This document shows positions 27,269 through 41,979 of a DNA stretch of 64,000 bases, in pieces. The DNA is from Eledone cirrhosa (lineage: Eukaryota). The stretch spans positions 139,500,001 to 139,564,000 of the forward strand of contig OZ024741.1 in NCBI GenBank assembly GCA_964016885.1. The letters are read 5' to 3'. A program made the position numbers and the translations under genes. Position 1 is the first letter of the stretch, and every line of letters starts with the position of its first letter. The notes under the pieces are model-generated. The model saw only the letters and a program-made list of their open reading frames with translations. It was not told the DNA's origin and searched no databases.

Positions 27269-27297
27269 GCCCGATCAACGCCGGGCCGTTCTGCTAG
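27269..27297 (+). mobile_element. Helitron-type 3' terminus
   Basis: GCCCG-N8-CGGGC hairpin, then 7 nt, then CTAG|T; 5' end not located. Confidence 0.6.
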
Positions 27298-29251
27298 TAG
27301 TATATATATACGCGTTGTGACGTCAATGGTGTACCAAGCTATATCAGCTCCGATTTTGATTCTACATAATCGTGAATAGTGTACATGTTGTGTACATCAG
27401 CTCTCATGGCATATCCACATTTTCCTTTTATTTAATTAACACAGGTCTCGTGGAAAAGGCAAACATTCATGGGAGACTACGTGTCTTCCACAAAACGCAA
27501 TACCTACGGAGAGACAGATTCGGAGAGTATGTAATATAAGAAGGTCAAGAATTATTCTTAATGCTGTCAATCGTATAAGTCGTCGAACTGGCAAAATAGT
27601 CAATACGTGTGATAGGAGGATTTGCAGTAATCGTACCTATTCCTACTGAGTTTGCATTTCAACCTTTCAAGTTCCGAAAAAGCATTCGATTACTGGAGAC
27701 GATTCAACATTCCTTCGCACATTTGTCTCTCCCACCTTTCCACTCTCTCGTAAAAACGAAGAAGTCAGCTGTGTTCAGATGTGAAGCAAAATAAGCTTCA
27801 CCTGATATACATTCCCAAAACACACTGCATTCCATGACGGCATCTATATTACTGAAACTGATTCCACGAAGGCAAATTATGTCATGATTGGGTGGATTTG
27901 TCAGTTGGCTAACATACATGTTGACGTAAATGTGTGCAATAAAACGTATGAGCTCAGGTTTTGTTCTCTTGTTATGACGTTTCCTTCTGAAATACGTGAG
28001 TGTTGTCTATTTACACTGTGTGGGCCGTTGGGTATATATTCTTTAACATAGGAAAATATCAAAATATTTATCACAAACGCTAACTGCGTGGATGTCCATC
28101 AAAAGAGGCGTCCATTTCCTGGGCTTAGTGATATAAAGCATCGTTCAATGTGATTACATTACCTAATACTCCTACTCCTCTAGAGGAATGCGCACGTAAT
28201 CCAAATTATGCGAATAATCAATATAATGTAACTATATTAGCTTTTCAACGACATAGGTCCTGCTTACTACTTATTGAATGTATACTTACATACACACACA
28301 CACGCCAAATAAGGAGATTGATTTGTCTGTATACCGTTTTTAGTATTTTCCATTTAAAATAAAATCAAATAAAAATAAAAACAATAAGAGTTGAAATAAA
28401 AATTGTATCACATTTTCCAGGAATTCATAATGGATATTTGTTGTTAATTTGTAAGCCAATTTATTGGTGAAATCTCACAGCTTTGATCAGGAGTCCACAT
28501 ATTATCACAATTTATCAACTGAACGACTAAATTGTATTGCCATAAACATGTAATGAACTTACGATCAATGTTACTTCAAATTAGTCATAGATTGGAAATG
28601 TATGTCACTTAAAATAATCAGTGTTTATTAAAGATCAGGCGTTAGTTCTTTGGACATTTTTGTCAGACTTCATTTACATTAGATTGCTCAAATAGCTCTC
28701 ACACCATAATTAAATCTATATCAATATGTTCAATATACCAGTGATTTTCAAACGTAGCCCTCAATCAGTTTTGGATTTAAGTTTGGATTAACTAATTTCC
28801 TTCCTCGTATCTCCCTATTTCTTTCTCTCCCTTTCTCTCCCTCTCCCACTCACTTATTGTCTTTCTGTCCTAACATCTATCCCGCTCCCCCCTCTCTCTC
28901 TCTGCTCTCTTATCACTTTCCCCATCGCTCTCTCACTTCCGTTTTCGCTAATCCCTCTCTCCCATGTGTTACTGCAACTTACATGTATTACTGTCTCGTG
29001 TTTCTCCCTCTCTATCAATATGTTTATCTTCTGTTTATTTCCTTATTCTGTCGTTCTGGTCGCTATCGTCTCAGTACTTTTTTGTTGTTTTCTTCCCTAA
29101 TAACTAATCCTCGTAGTTATTAACGCACTATGGTGAAATGTACCGTCTTTAATGCGTCGAAACATCAGCGACCCAAAGCAAACAGACGAAGAACGGAAAT
29201 TGTCCTTATGTTTGTGTTTCTCTCATGTTTTCTAAACTATATATATATATA

Positions 29252-29354
29252 TACGTCAACCAGAGTGAAACAGACTGTCATCTTCCCTCCCATCTTTCGC
29301 CGAAAAGAAGTAAGTGACATAGCCACTACTTGAAAACTGATAGCGTATCATACA

Positions 29355-29414
<60 letters not shown>

Positions 29415-29565
29415 TGTATGTATAGTATATTTGGCAATATACCATACGTTTAATTAAAAACACTTAGGAGATCATACGCTACCAGTTTTAAAGTAGTGAC
29501 TATGACACTTCTTTACGGCGAAAGAAGGGAGGGAAGATGACAGTCTGTTTCACGCTGGTTGGCGT
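29252..29565. repeat. Imperfect inverted repeat (~95-bp arms) around (TA)n
   Basis: 29252-29348 vs 29475-29565; the spacer and right arm recur at ~43972-44060. Confidence 0.8.
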
Positions 29566-29689
29566 TTATCAGAGCCACGTATTCCCCTGATTTCGCCGAA
29601 AAATTATATAGATTACACTTTATTCGGCTAACATTTCAAACAACATGAATGTATTTCAACGTAAAATAATATATGTGTATGCCCTGCAC

Positions 29690-30600
29690 ATTTTCCATAC
29701 AAGTTATCACCAAATGTATTCGTGATTGAATCATAACATGAAAATCATTCAATGAGGGACTCGGATTCTGCCAAGGGTGCGTACTGTCACTTGTCCTGTT
29801 TATCATTTTCATGAACAGGCTTGACAAACGCAGCCAGTTTGGAAGTGGTATCTTGACTGGCGGGTGGAAAATCAGACGATATGTTGTTACTTAATTCGAC
29901 AGAAGGTGTTCTCCGACTTGCACTTGATAGGTTTGACGCCAAATGCTATATGGTCGGAATGAACATCAGTGATCTAAAACTGAGACACTTGTCCTCTCAA
30001 GGTAGCCTGAACAGTGCAATCTACATGTGAATAAAGTTACATTTAAGCAGGCGGTGTAATTCAAGTATCTCAGCAGCTGCTGGTGCAATAATGTGCCAGC
30101 TTCAGCATTCGATAATCAGAACAAGGAAGTTAAGGGTAAAAACCAACTTCACTATCTCCAAATCAGTATTCGTGCCAACATTTACCTATGAGTATATATC
30201 TTAGGTAATGACCGAAAGGATACGATTGTGAATGCAAGCGAAGGAAATGGGGTTCGTCTAAAGTGTTTTTGAAGAAACGTCATTCGATAAAGTGCATAGT
30301 TCAGAGATCTGAGAGTCACGCTAGGCAGAGCCGTTACTTCTCTGAATTGAGAGAGCTAAGCTCCGATACTATGGGCATGTGGTTATAATGTCTCAGGAAA
30401 GCATCGCTGGACAGATGTTACGGGCAAAAAAAGCCGACAGGAGACTCAGGCGTAGGCCCCGAGCATAGATAATATCGATAAGCTTGGGTTTCCAGTTGGA
30501 TCAGTTGGAGAAGATTGCTTCTGACATGACCCGCTGGAAGGAATGTTTGGGGATTCTGACCACACGACCATGTCAGGAATAAGTGGGTGAAGAAGAAAGT
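29690..30600 (+). mobile_element. Degenerate RTE-clade (Rex3/Expander-like) LINE 3' part
   Basis: QGCVLS..LFIIFM, DDMLL, FKYL and VMTERIRL.MQA.EMGF remnants. Confidence 0.7.
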
Positions 30601-30790
30601 GTTATATATCTTGTTTATTGTATTTCGTGGAACATAAATAGATTAGGGACTAAATATCAGTTGAGAATGTATTTCGAAAATATTTTGAAACATTGTGTAA
30701 AATATTTTTTACTAAATATTTTTTTGACCTTGTTACATTCACCAAAACATTGATCCGTTATTAGCAAAATTGAAATATTCGTCGTCTTAA

Positions 30791-31019
30791 CCCTTTCATA
30801 ACCACATTTGAAATACAAAATATTTTTAGTTAGTTAATGAAAAATGTTGAAGGGTTTACTAAACTTATTAATTATTTCATTACTAAGATAATAACTTAAT
30901 TTAAAGTTCTACTGTGAATTTATGTTTGAAGATTTTTAATTAAAATTTGAAACATTTAAAATGGATGGTTTCATTTCATAGAACCAGACACGGCTTTGGC
31001 CAGATTGGTAACTTAAGGG
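30791..31019. mobile_element. piggyBac-like non-autonomous MITE
   Basis: TTAA|CCCTT...AAGGG|TTAA with imperfect ~14-bp TIRs (CCCTTTCATAACCA / TGGTAACTTAAGGG). Confidence 0.7.
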
Positions 31020-32426
31020 TTAACTGACAAAGGACTAGTAACATGAATAAGCTTCATTCCCTTAGCTATCACTATGAATTGTCATTTGAAGCCAATTTAC
31101 CGTATTTATATCATACTATTGTTCGTAGAAAATATATAAACGTAACAACACATTTTAGAAGATGAAAAAAATTAATAAAAAATAATCGATAATTTGCAAT
31201 ATTTTAAGCCATAGAATCAAAACCATTTCTCTAGAAATTCATCTAAAGTCCATCTTTCAACTTGCCGTTCTTTTTTTTTCAGCAGAATTATGCTATAAAA
31301 TGGTATTTAATTGATATAAATATCCGATGTAATTTAAGCGACCTTTCCGGGAAGTTTTTCTAAACTATATTTGAGTAACGAAAACATTAGTAGTCATGAT
31401 TTTGCTGTGTCCCAAAGCATAAATGACAATGATTATATTGAGAAAATGAAAGTAAATATATAAAAGAAATTCATAAATTGAATATTTTAATGACTTCAAT
31501 CTACTTTGCTGCTTGGTGTTCGGCTAAACGTGCGTGGACATAATTCAGATTCCGTTTGATTTTTTTCTTCTTTGTCTCGCTAAAGAGATGACCACAGATA
31601 TGAATACGAATTCCATCAACATTCCTAAGGTCTTGTTATTCATAAATATACAGACACAAAGAAACCTACACTGACAGACACAAACTCAAAGTATTCCAGG
31701 CACAATGAGGTAGCAGGGCTTGTATATGTTGGCAGAAAATATTCGAGTTGGAATCTTGCAGTTTGCACTCATGAATTTACACGCACATCTGTCTTTATAT
31801 ATATATATAGAACTGTTTCATTCTTTAGAAATCATCAGGAATCTGGCTTTATATATATATATAAAAAGATACAGAAATAACACCACCACAACCAGTAGTG
31901 ATATATCCATCACTGATTTTCTTTTTCACTCAACCCCTCTCCAGCCGCCTCTCACTCTGTGTAACTTACAATCACACGCTTGCATCCCCTTACCTCTTTA
32001 AATGATGTATAATATGAATTATGACACAGCTTTTATATAATAGTTACTAGTCTAGACGTGTAATATAGTGAACTAAATTGAAGGCCAGCTGAAGATTTTA
32101 AGACTATAAAGTGTATACTTAATGTAAAATGAAATAATTGTCCATTGTTTGCTCATGATTAAAGAAACGTTGCGAAATAACACTCATTTTCTTCATGTTT
32201 ACATTTTCTTTATTTCAAATTTATATTAAATTATGCTATTTTAAAAGACTTTTAAATGCAATATTTACCAAACAACGCCAGCACATTAATGAATTTGGTT
32301 CGATAATTTAGTGTGTTGTATGTGAATATTTATGTCAGTATATACGGATGTTTGGGTGTAAATACATATACATAGGCCTATGTATGCTAAACGTGTATGT
32401 ATGCTTGGTTTCCGACTATATATATA

Positions 32427-32476
<50 letters not shown>

Positions 32477-32834
32477 TAACACAAATATACACTAACACAC
32501 GCACGTGTGAGTGTGTGTGTATATGTGTGTATGTAAATGTTACGTCCATATATGCAAGTGAATGTTAAAAAATTACTTTCATTCTTTGTTACAACCAATC
32601 TAATGATTTTTCTTAAAATCATGTGTTCTTTCGTCTGGAAAAGCGCTATCAAATATTCCTAAGCACATAGGAACACCTCACACACACCCCACACCACCAC
32701 CACCACCACCACAACACACACATATATATATATATACCGCATTATTCTCGTCAATTTCACTTATCTTTTGAAAAACGACTGGTGTCCGAAATATGGAGAC
32801 TTATGTACATCTATTATCTGTTATATTACGCCAT

Positions 32835-32982
32835 GTTTTCCAACATAGTGACGTCCCTTTGCGGTCTGATTTCAAATCCCGCTGAGGTTAACTTTGCCTT
32901 TCATCCTTATGGGGTCGAAAGAATAAAGTACCAGCAATGTACTGGGTATTTGATGGCCTTGTGCCAAAAGTAGAAACAATTA
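32835..32982 (+). mobile_element. SINE family 1, 5'-truncated
   Basis: B box, core and tail present. Confidence 0.75.
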
Positions 32983-33174
32983 TGTGTTATATTAATAGAT
33001 CATTAACGAATATTAATGTTCTATGTTACTGTTGCATATTGTTTTTGTTGTTGTTTTCTGTAATATTTGCTTTCTTCATACATATATACCATATGCGACA
33101 AAAGAAGGGATGAAGAACTCTTGTCTGACGAATCTCCAGCGTAACAATATTCACTAATATATATGTATGTATAT

Positions 33175-33284
<110 letters not shown>

Positions 33285-33877
33285 GTATATATACACACAC
33301 ACAGAGATGTCCACGGTAAGTTGTGGGGGCTAGTCTGCATGAAGAACTCAATGTAATGCATATGTTGAAAATGTTATAGGTTAAAATAAATCCCGGAAAA
33401 CAATAAAACATTAAAAGGAAAAGAGAGTCATTATATAAGTTAAAACAATGAAATAAAAATTCAAGTCTTTAGAAATATACTTCACTGCTTTACGATATTT
33501 TCTAGCTGATGATAATACATCGTAACCATACTTCGTAATCGATCTATGTAAGGTTAGTTACAAAATATCAGATAAGGAAAATACTTACATGTATATCACC
33601 AGCTGTTGTCAAAAGCAGTGATAATTTTATTCAAAATTAGTAGTGAATTGAGTTATATGACCTTATTTGGAGGTAGCTGAAGAACAAACCAATCAGATTG
33701 TCTTTCTTTCCATATGATGTTAAGATGAAAAATAACTCACTGAAAGGAATGGTTGAATGGTGTTAATAATAGAATTGCTATAAAGAATCTAGGAGGAAAA
33801 AGGGGATTGTCATATTGATAGTTGAATGTATATGGTATAGTGAAGTTTGAAAGGAATGTAAAAATTAAATGTTTTAA

Positions 33878-34903
<1,026 letters not shown>

Positions 34904-35026
34904 ATTTTTAATTGTAATACTCAATATTTGATAAGGTGAATGCTATATATTGGTGGGTCTTTCTTTAATGATTAAGATCCTACAATCACCAACGATACAT
35001 ACATGTAAGTATGCACACGAGCACAC

Positions 35027-35073
<47 letters not shown>

Positions 35074-35950
35074 ACACACATATATATATATATATTTATA
35101 TATATATATGTATATATAGTATTAAGGATACTATTTATGGTTATGTATATACTAAAACTTTTTATAGTTATATATATTTTAAACCCTAAACAGTGAAAGA
35201 CAGTAATTTATTACTACCTTATTACCAGTAAGATAAATAGCTCAATGTAATAACATCAGTTGTTCTACAGAGCATTTATACAGAAATCACATGAATCAAA
35301 GTTCTGTTCAAACCATTTATTAGCTTACAATTGTTTCGTCGAAACCGAGGTTTGGAGTCTTCAGAGTAATTTTTCAATGATTGTTTACATACATGACCTC
35401 CTTTCCAACACAAGAGACATCCAGAAACATATGTATATATCGATGCACAGTGGGGTGACATCCATTATATTATTTTAGCATGGCAATTTACATTCAAAAA
35501 TTAAAATCGTATTAAAAGAAAATTAAAACAAAATTAAAGTTAAAATACAACATTGGCAGTTTACGAAGATAATGCAAGAGGATATGTTGAAGTAGTTAGT
35601 GTATGCAATAGTTACACGTGGGGCATGCACGTGTGTCTTATTTATATAAGATTAATGTGCGGCAAGGTGTTATATGCAATAAAGCACTTTAAGCGGGTAA
35701 TCAAGAGTATTATGGGGGTAGTATTGGTAAAGTATTTTTTTATGTATGATAAAGAAGCTTGTGTGCAGAGAAATATTAAAAAATGAGAAGCAAAATAATG
35801 TTATGGTGTTTGTATACATGTCTCTTGTGTTCGAAAGAAGGTCATGTATGTAAACAATCATTGAAAAATTGCTCCGAAGGAACCAAACCTCGGTTTGGAC
35901 GAAACAATTGTAAGTTAATAAATGGTTTGAACAGAACTTTGATTCATATG

Positions 35951-36049
<99 letters not shown>

Positions 36050-36125
36050 CTCGTGTGAAAACTTACATTTATGTATCGTTGTTGATTGTAGGATCTTAAT
36101 CATTAAAGAAAGAGCCACCAATATA
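34904..36125 (-). mobile_element. PLE-like remnant with inverted terminal repeats, each carrying an HHR
   Basis: 34945-35420 is inverted relative to 35817-36125; HHRs at 35320-35369 (-) and 35869-35918 (+). Confidence 0.75.
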
Positions 36126-36329
36126 TAAACATAGATTTAAATACTTCGGATTCTGTAAGGCACATCCTAAACTAACACATACCTTCTTAAGTATCTGACA
36201 TTTCCCTTATGAAGGGCTACATCTTTTGAAATATGTATTAAAACACAGCGTCTATACACATGCTCACACACACACGCGTACGCGTATGTACGTACATACA
36301 CATTTTCGTGGAAAAACTTGAACCGTTAA

Positions 36330-36473
36330 GTTATTCTTTCCTGGTTATGTCAATATGTATAAAACAAACTTTGTATTATATCTGATGAGAGCGTACCAAA
36401 GTTTTGTTACCCTTGAAATATATATAATAGAATAAATATGGTTTTATAAATATACTTTCCATTTATTTAATAT

Positions 36474-36477
<4 letters not shown>
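36330..36477 (+). mobile_element. PLE terminus, family of 13908 / 62312
   Basis: CTGATGA at 36382, stem, GAAA, then AATAAATATGGTTTTATAAAT. Confidence 0.65.
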
Positions 36478-36548
<71 letters not shown>

Positions 36549-36661
36549 AAAAAGTATGACCCCGACAAGTCATACTTTTTCCTATTTCCCACACTACTAC
36601 CCTAAGTATTGAGTACTCTGGTGCGTTATGATCCATCTGGTTCCTTACCACAATTCCTTTG

Positions 36662-36716
<55 letters not shown>

Positions 36717-36869
36717 TCAATGGAATAGAACGAAATGAAATTTCATTTCTCACTCTTAGTACGGCAGTTACTTAAATGTAAGTATGTATGTATGTATACG
36801 TACATACATATATGCATACACATATGTATGTGCGTATACATACATACATAATACATTTATAATATTATC

Positions 36870-37640
36870 AATATTAATAAATGGAAAATATCATTTATAA
36901 TACCATATTTATTTTATTATACGTATTTCAAGAACACAAAGTGTTTCTGTGCTTTGATCATATTTTGATCATATACAGTATAATATTTGGTGTTAACATA
37001 TTGACATACCTTAATATTATAAGCTTGCTAACGGCAGTGAGGAAAAGTTCAAATCACAAGTGATATAAATTGACAAGTATACATTAAATCAGAAAATGAC
37101 CGTTATTATAGACGCTAGAAAAAGTTTGTAAAATAGCGTATTTATATTGGTTGTGTGGCGGTCGTTGAAGAGTGAAATATCAGTGTAGGATTATCCACAT
37201 ATACGTATACACACACACACATACACACACACATATACATTTCTTTAGTAATTGTTGCAAGGGGTATAAATCTTGCTGACTCTTTTTTTATCAGGAATGC
37301 TTCATTCCTCGGTTCTGAAAGGGTTGGGTATTTATCCGGCGTTCGAGGATCGTTGCCGTGCTGGCTGATGGGTGTTTGACTATTTGGTGACATTACTCGG
37401 AGTACATGTTTTGTGTAATATTGGCGTGGTTTACATATCTTGTTCCTCGAGTTGGTGCATCAGCTCCACACCAGCGAATTTCTCAGCGAATAAGCAAGAT
37501 TTTTGTGTTGCAGATTCCGCAACTTTTAGAACAGTTGATGTAGGGTTGATATATTTTGCTATGTTCCAACTGAGGTTGTTATTAGTAGTGTCGTCTGTTT
37601 GATTGTTTAGTGCATTGATTCTCACTCTTGTTATACTCGC
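36870..37640 (-). mobile_element. Possible degenerate PLE 3' fragment
   Basis: The - strand shows LSWNIAK..CGICN (like the GIY-YIG C-terminus) upstream of a terminus resembling the 13908 family. Confidence 0.4.
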
Positions 37641-38799
37641 GAGGCAGTTTAGAAGTATATACATATTTTAGTGTCATTTATGTATAATGTATGAAAAATG
37701 ATATTTATATATTCCAGTCTCAAATCATAAATAACGTGAATTAAAAGAAATCGCTCATATTTATACTTATGCATATTTCACACTTATAATAATCATATAC
37801 GTCAAGATGCGGGGTGACTATATTTCAAATTTCTCCCATGTTTCTTAAGTCGATAAGTTTTGTAAACGTCTAAATACAGTCGTGAAATATCCTTAAAACA
37901 GCATTCGCTTATCGAAATTCTTTCACATAATGGTTAACGCACTCCAACAACATGTTTTTCAATCCGTTTTTATAATAATCTGTTTCGGGAAGACGACATT
38001 TCATATGCAATTTGTGTACTTTTTTCATGATGCCTCAGGCAGCATTCTTCAGTCTACCAGTGTGGTGTGTCGCATTAACTAGGAACCACAGGTCTTGTGC
38101 ATGGTAGTCCATGAATGAATTACCTGAAATCTTTTTTCTTCTTGTTTCAAAAATGATTGACATATATTTACTTAAGAATTCATTGGATACTATATCGCCA
38201 AATATATTAATATGTGGAAGAGGCTTTGAAAAGTAGGAAAAGACTCGGAGGCAGACATTATTGTGTTGTTGAAGCGATCGTGGTACTCTGAGTCATGTAT
38301 GCGGCATAGCGAGCATATTCTATAGACATGATTTGCCAAAACAATATTGTTTGGAAATTTCTAAATCGAAACACTAGCAGCATCGCGTATTTAAATAACT
38401 ATACTTCCCGAAAAGAAAAACACAGAAAATATAAATTATTTATAGACTAATAGTTCACATTGAATATTTTATTATAGGTTCGACATTTGTTATGATCAAT
38501 TCATTAAAAAATAATGGCACATAATTACTTACAACGCATCGAATGATTTGATATTCAGTGTATATATTAAATAGATTATTCCGAAATTACTACAAAAGCT
38601 TCCCCCATATCCATGTCATTGGTCTCATGATAATAGGATCATAGGCCAGAGAGGTAATATATGCAAATTTAATGTAACATAAGTATTATAAAATATTATG
38701 AGACAGTGTGAAATATTGAAGATTAAAGCTGATTTAATTGACGTAAAATCAACAAATCTCCTTGAACTAGTGTTGTACTGAACAAATAATCATTTTATG

Positions 38800-38876
<77 letters not shown>

Positions 38877-38978
38877 CTATATCTATATATCTATAGCTAT
38901 GCATCACTCTATCTCTCTATATATATGCATTTATATATACATATATGCATATGTATACACACACACACACACACACAC

Positions 38979-39029
<51 letters not shown>

Positions 39030-39030
<1 letters not shown>

Positions 39031-39250
39031 CAACAAAGAAAGTGTGGTAAAGATCCAGGTGGACCAGAACACACCGGAGTACTCGAGACTTAGGGTAGTA
39101 GAGTGGGTAACAGCAAAAAAGTAAGCAACCCGATGGCTGAGCTCCGGCCGCTTCGACAGCTAGATCAGAACCGCTGGATCCGCGATCCACATTAGGATCT
39201 AACTGTTGAAACCGCCGGAGCTCAGCCGTCGGGGTCCTGACTCTTTTACT
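39030..39250. repeat. GC-richer fold-back element in (TA)n
   Basis: Hairpin 39130-39234; the left part matches 36570-36662 in reverse complement. Confidence 0.7.
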
Positions 39251-39261
39251 ATATATATATA

Positions 39262-39315
<54 letters not shown>

Positions 39316-39452
39316 GTATATACAATATATATATATATGTTTATATGTGTGTGTGTGTGTGTGTATATACAATATACAATACCTATATATATATATATAT
39401 ATATATATGAAAACAGGGAGAAAGAGACGATTATGAGGAAGAAATATATATA

Positions 39453-39590
39453 TATATTGGTAAACGGAATAGAAAATGCTGACAAATTGTTCACAGTTGA
39501 AAAATCACTAATACTCTTATATTCCTAATTAAACCATTTTTCAACTGTGAACAATTTGTCAGCATTTTCTATTCCGTTTACCAATATATA
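39453..39590. repeat. Inverted repeat with ~52-bp perfect arms and a 3' tail
   Basis: TATATTGGTAAACGG...GTTGAAAA / TTTTCAAC...CCAATATA. Confidence 0.9.
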
Positions 39591-39619
39591 ATAACTTGTG
39601 TGTTACACATCTATTCTTT

Positions 39620-39686
<67 letters not shown>

Positions 39687-39717
39687 ATATATAGATATAT
39701 ATTTTTATATATATATA

Positions 39718-40260
39718 GGGACAAAAGGGGAAATCGAAAATGCAACTTCAGTCTTTTTGTTTAAATATATTTATTTGGTTCCTTTACCGGAATTCTAGGT
39801 TTTTTATAAAAGTGATTTGGTTGGTCGATGATTGTCATGTGAATAAGTATAATACATTTCGCGCCAGCTGATGTGCTTATTCACATGACTGAAACCAACT
39901 AATCAAATTTCACTCATATATGAAAAAAACAAGCTGAGCCCCCCACCCCTTTTTTAGAAGGCAAATATAATAAAAACTTTGTAACGCGAACTGCCACGAC
40001 ATTTTTTATACTTATTCACATAACAGTCATCAACAAACCAAATTACATTTCGAGCCACTTCTTTCCATATAAAACAGAAGTAACATTAGAACACAAACCA
40101 GATGCGAGAAAACGACAAACCCTCCATCTCAATTCTACTTTTGAAAAGCACAAGAACTGCGAAACCGGTAAGGAACCAAATAAATTAATATTTTTTAAAA
40201 AATGACTCTTGTTGCATTTTTGATTTCATCTTTTTTCCTTATACTTTCAATTGTGTAGGA
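39718..40260 (+). mobile_element. Older fold-back copy of the 33911/47206 family with longer spacer
   Basis: TTGAAAAGCACAAGAACTGCGAAACCGGT at ~40141 and an inverted partial arm at 39718-39790. Confidence 0.7.
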
Positions 40261-40507
40261 ATCAGTAATTGTATCAAAACGCAAGACATATCTGAGGAAC
40301 TTGCGACTGCTGAGTCGGGTTCCATTTGTAAATTATCCTGGTTTGAGCTGATCAACGAAGAAACATATGTAACATGTTAATGAATTGTCTTTTGATGCAT
40401 TCTGATTCCTCGTTATCTATAATAATTTACTCTGCTCTGCGCGAGCATCGCGTGCTCAAACGACATACAGCCCAGGGACGCATTTAATCGCAACCCTACA
40501 ACAACTA

Positions 40508-40637
<130 letters not shown>

Positions 40638-40766
40638 GAGAGAGAGTGAGAGAGAGAGAGGGAGAGAGAGAGATGTCAACATGAACGGACTTGTTATTTT
40701 TATCTAAAGACATTTTTCCCAAATGCAATTCGCCCGTCCCCTCAATCTATCTTATTTCTCATTCCT

Positions 40767-40802
40767 TCTTCTGATGAAGGACTAGCGTACGAAACGTTAA
40801 GA
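40767..40802 (+). ncRNA. Minimal type I hammerhead ribozyme motif
   Basis: TCTT-CTGATGA-aggactagcgtac-GAAACGT-T-AAGA: 4-bp stem I, palindromic stem III, imperfect stem II. Confidence 0.65.
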
Positions 40803-40895
40803 CCCTCTTCCTGCTATATAAAGCGTTAACCTAATAGATCCCTTCCATATACTGTAACGATTGTGTTGTTATTTCTCTTTACCTTTTACACACAC

Positions 40896-41495
<600 letters not shown>

Positions 41496-41510
41496 GTAAG
41501 TATGTTTTGA

Positions 41511-41845
41511 AACAGTGAGCGAGTTTGAAATTAAAAATATAAGCTTACACCGTATTTTTGGCTAAAGAAATGTTTAGCCTGATAGTGAGGTTTAGAACCC
41601 TCAGAGAAATGGGAAAAGATGAGTATTGACATACATCAATACTCATCTTTTATATATATATATATTTTATATATATATATATATATATAAAATATATATA
41701 CATATAAAAATGATTATTGACGTATGTCAATACTCATCTTTTTCCATTTCTCTGAGGGTTCTAAACCTCACTATCAGGCTAAACATTTCTTTAGCCAAAA
41801 ATACGGTGTAAGATTATATTTCTAATTTCAAACTCGCTCACTGTT
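41511..41845. repeat. Inverted repeat with ~135-bp arms around (TA)n
   Basis: 41511-41650 vs 41706-41845. Confidence 0.9.
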
Positions 41846-41854
41846 ATATATATA

Positions 41855-41914
<60 letters not shown>

Positions 41915-41979
41915 CGTTTCTCAATTTGTTTAGCAAGATTGTTTATCTGAAAAAGTGTATTGAAACCGATATTTGTATG

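Noticed and set aside
37985-38056. CTGAAGA-stem-GAAA on the - strand
   Set aside because: Stem II is plausible but stems I and III cannot be placed convincingly.
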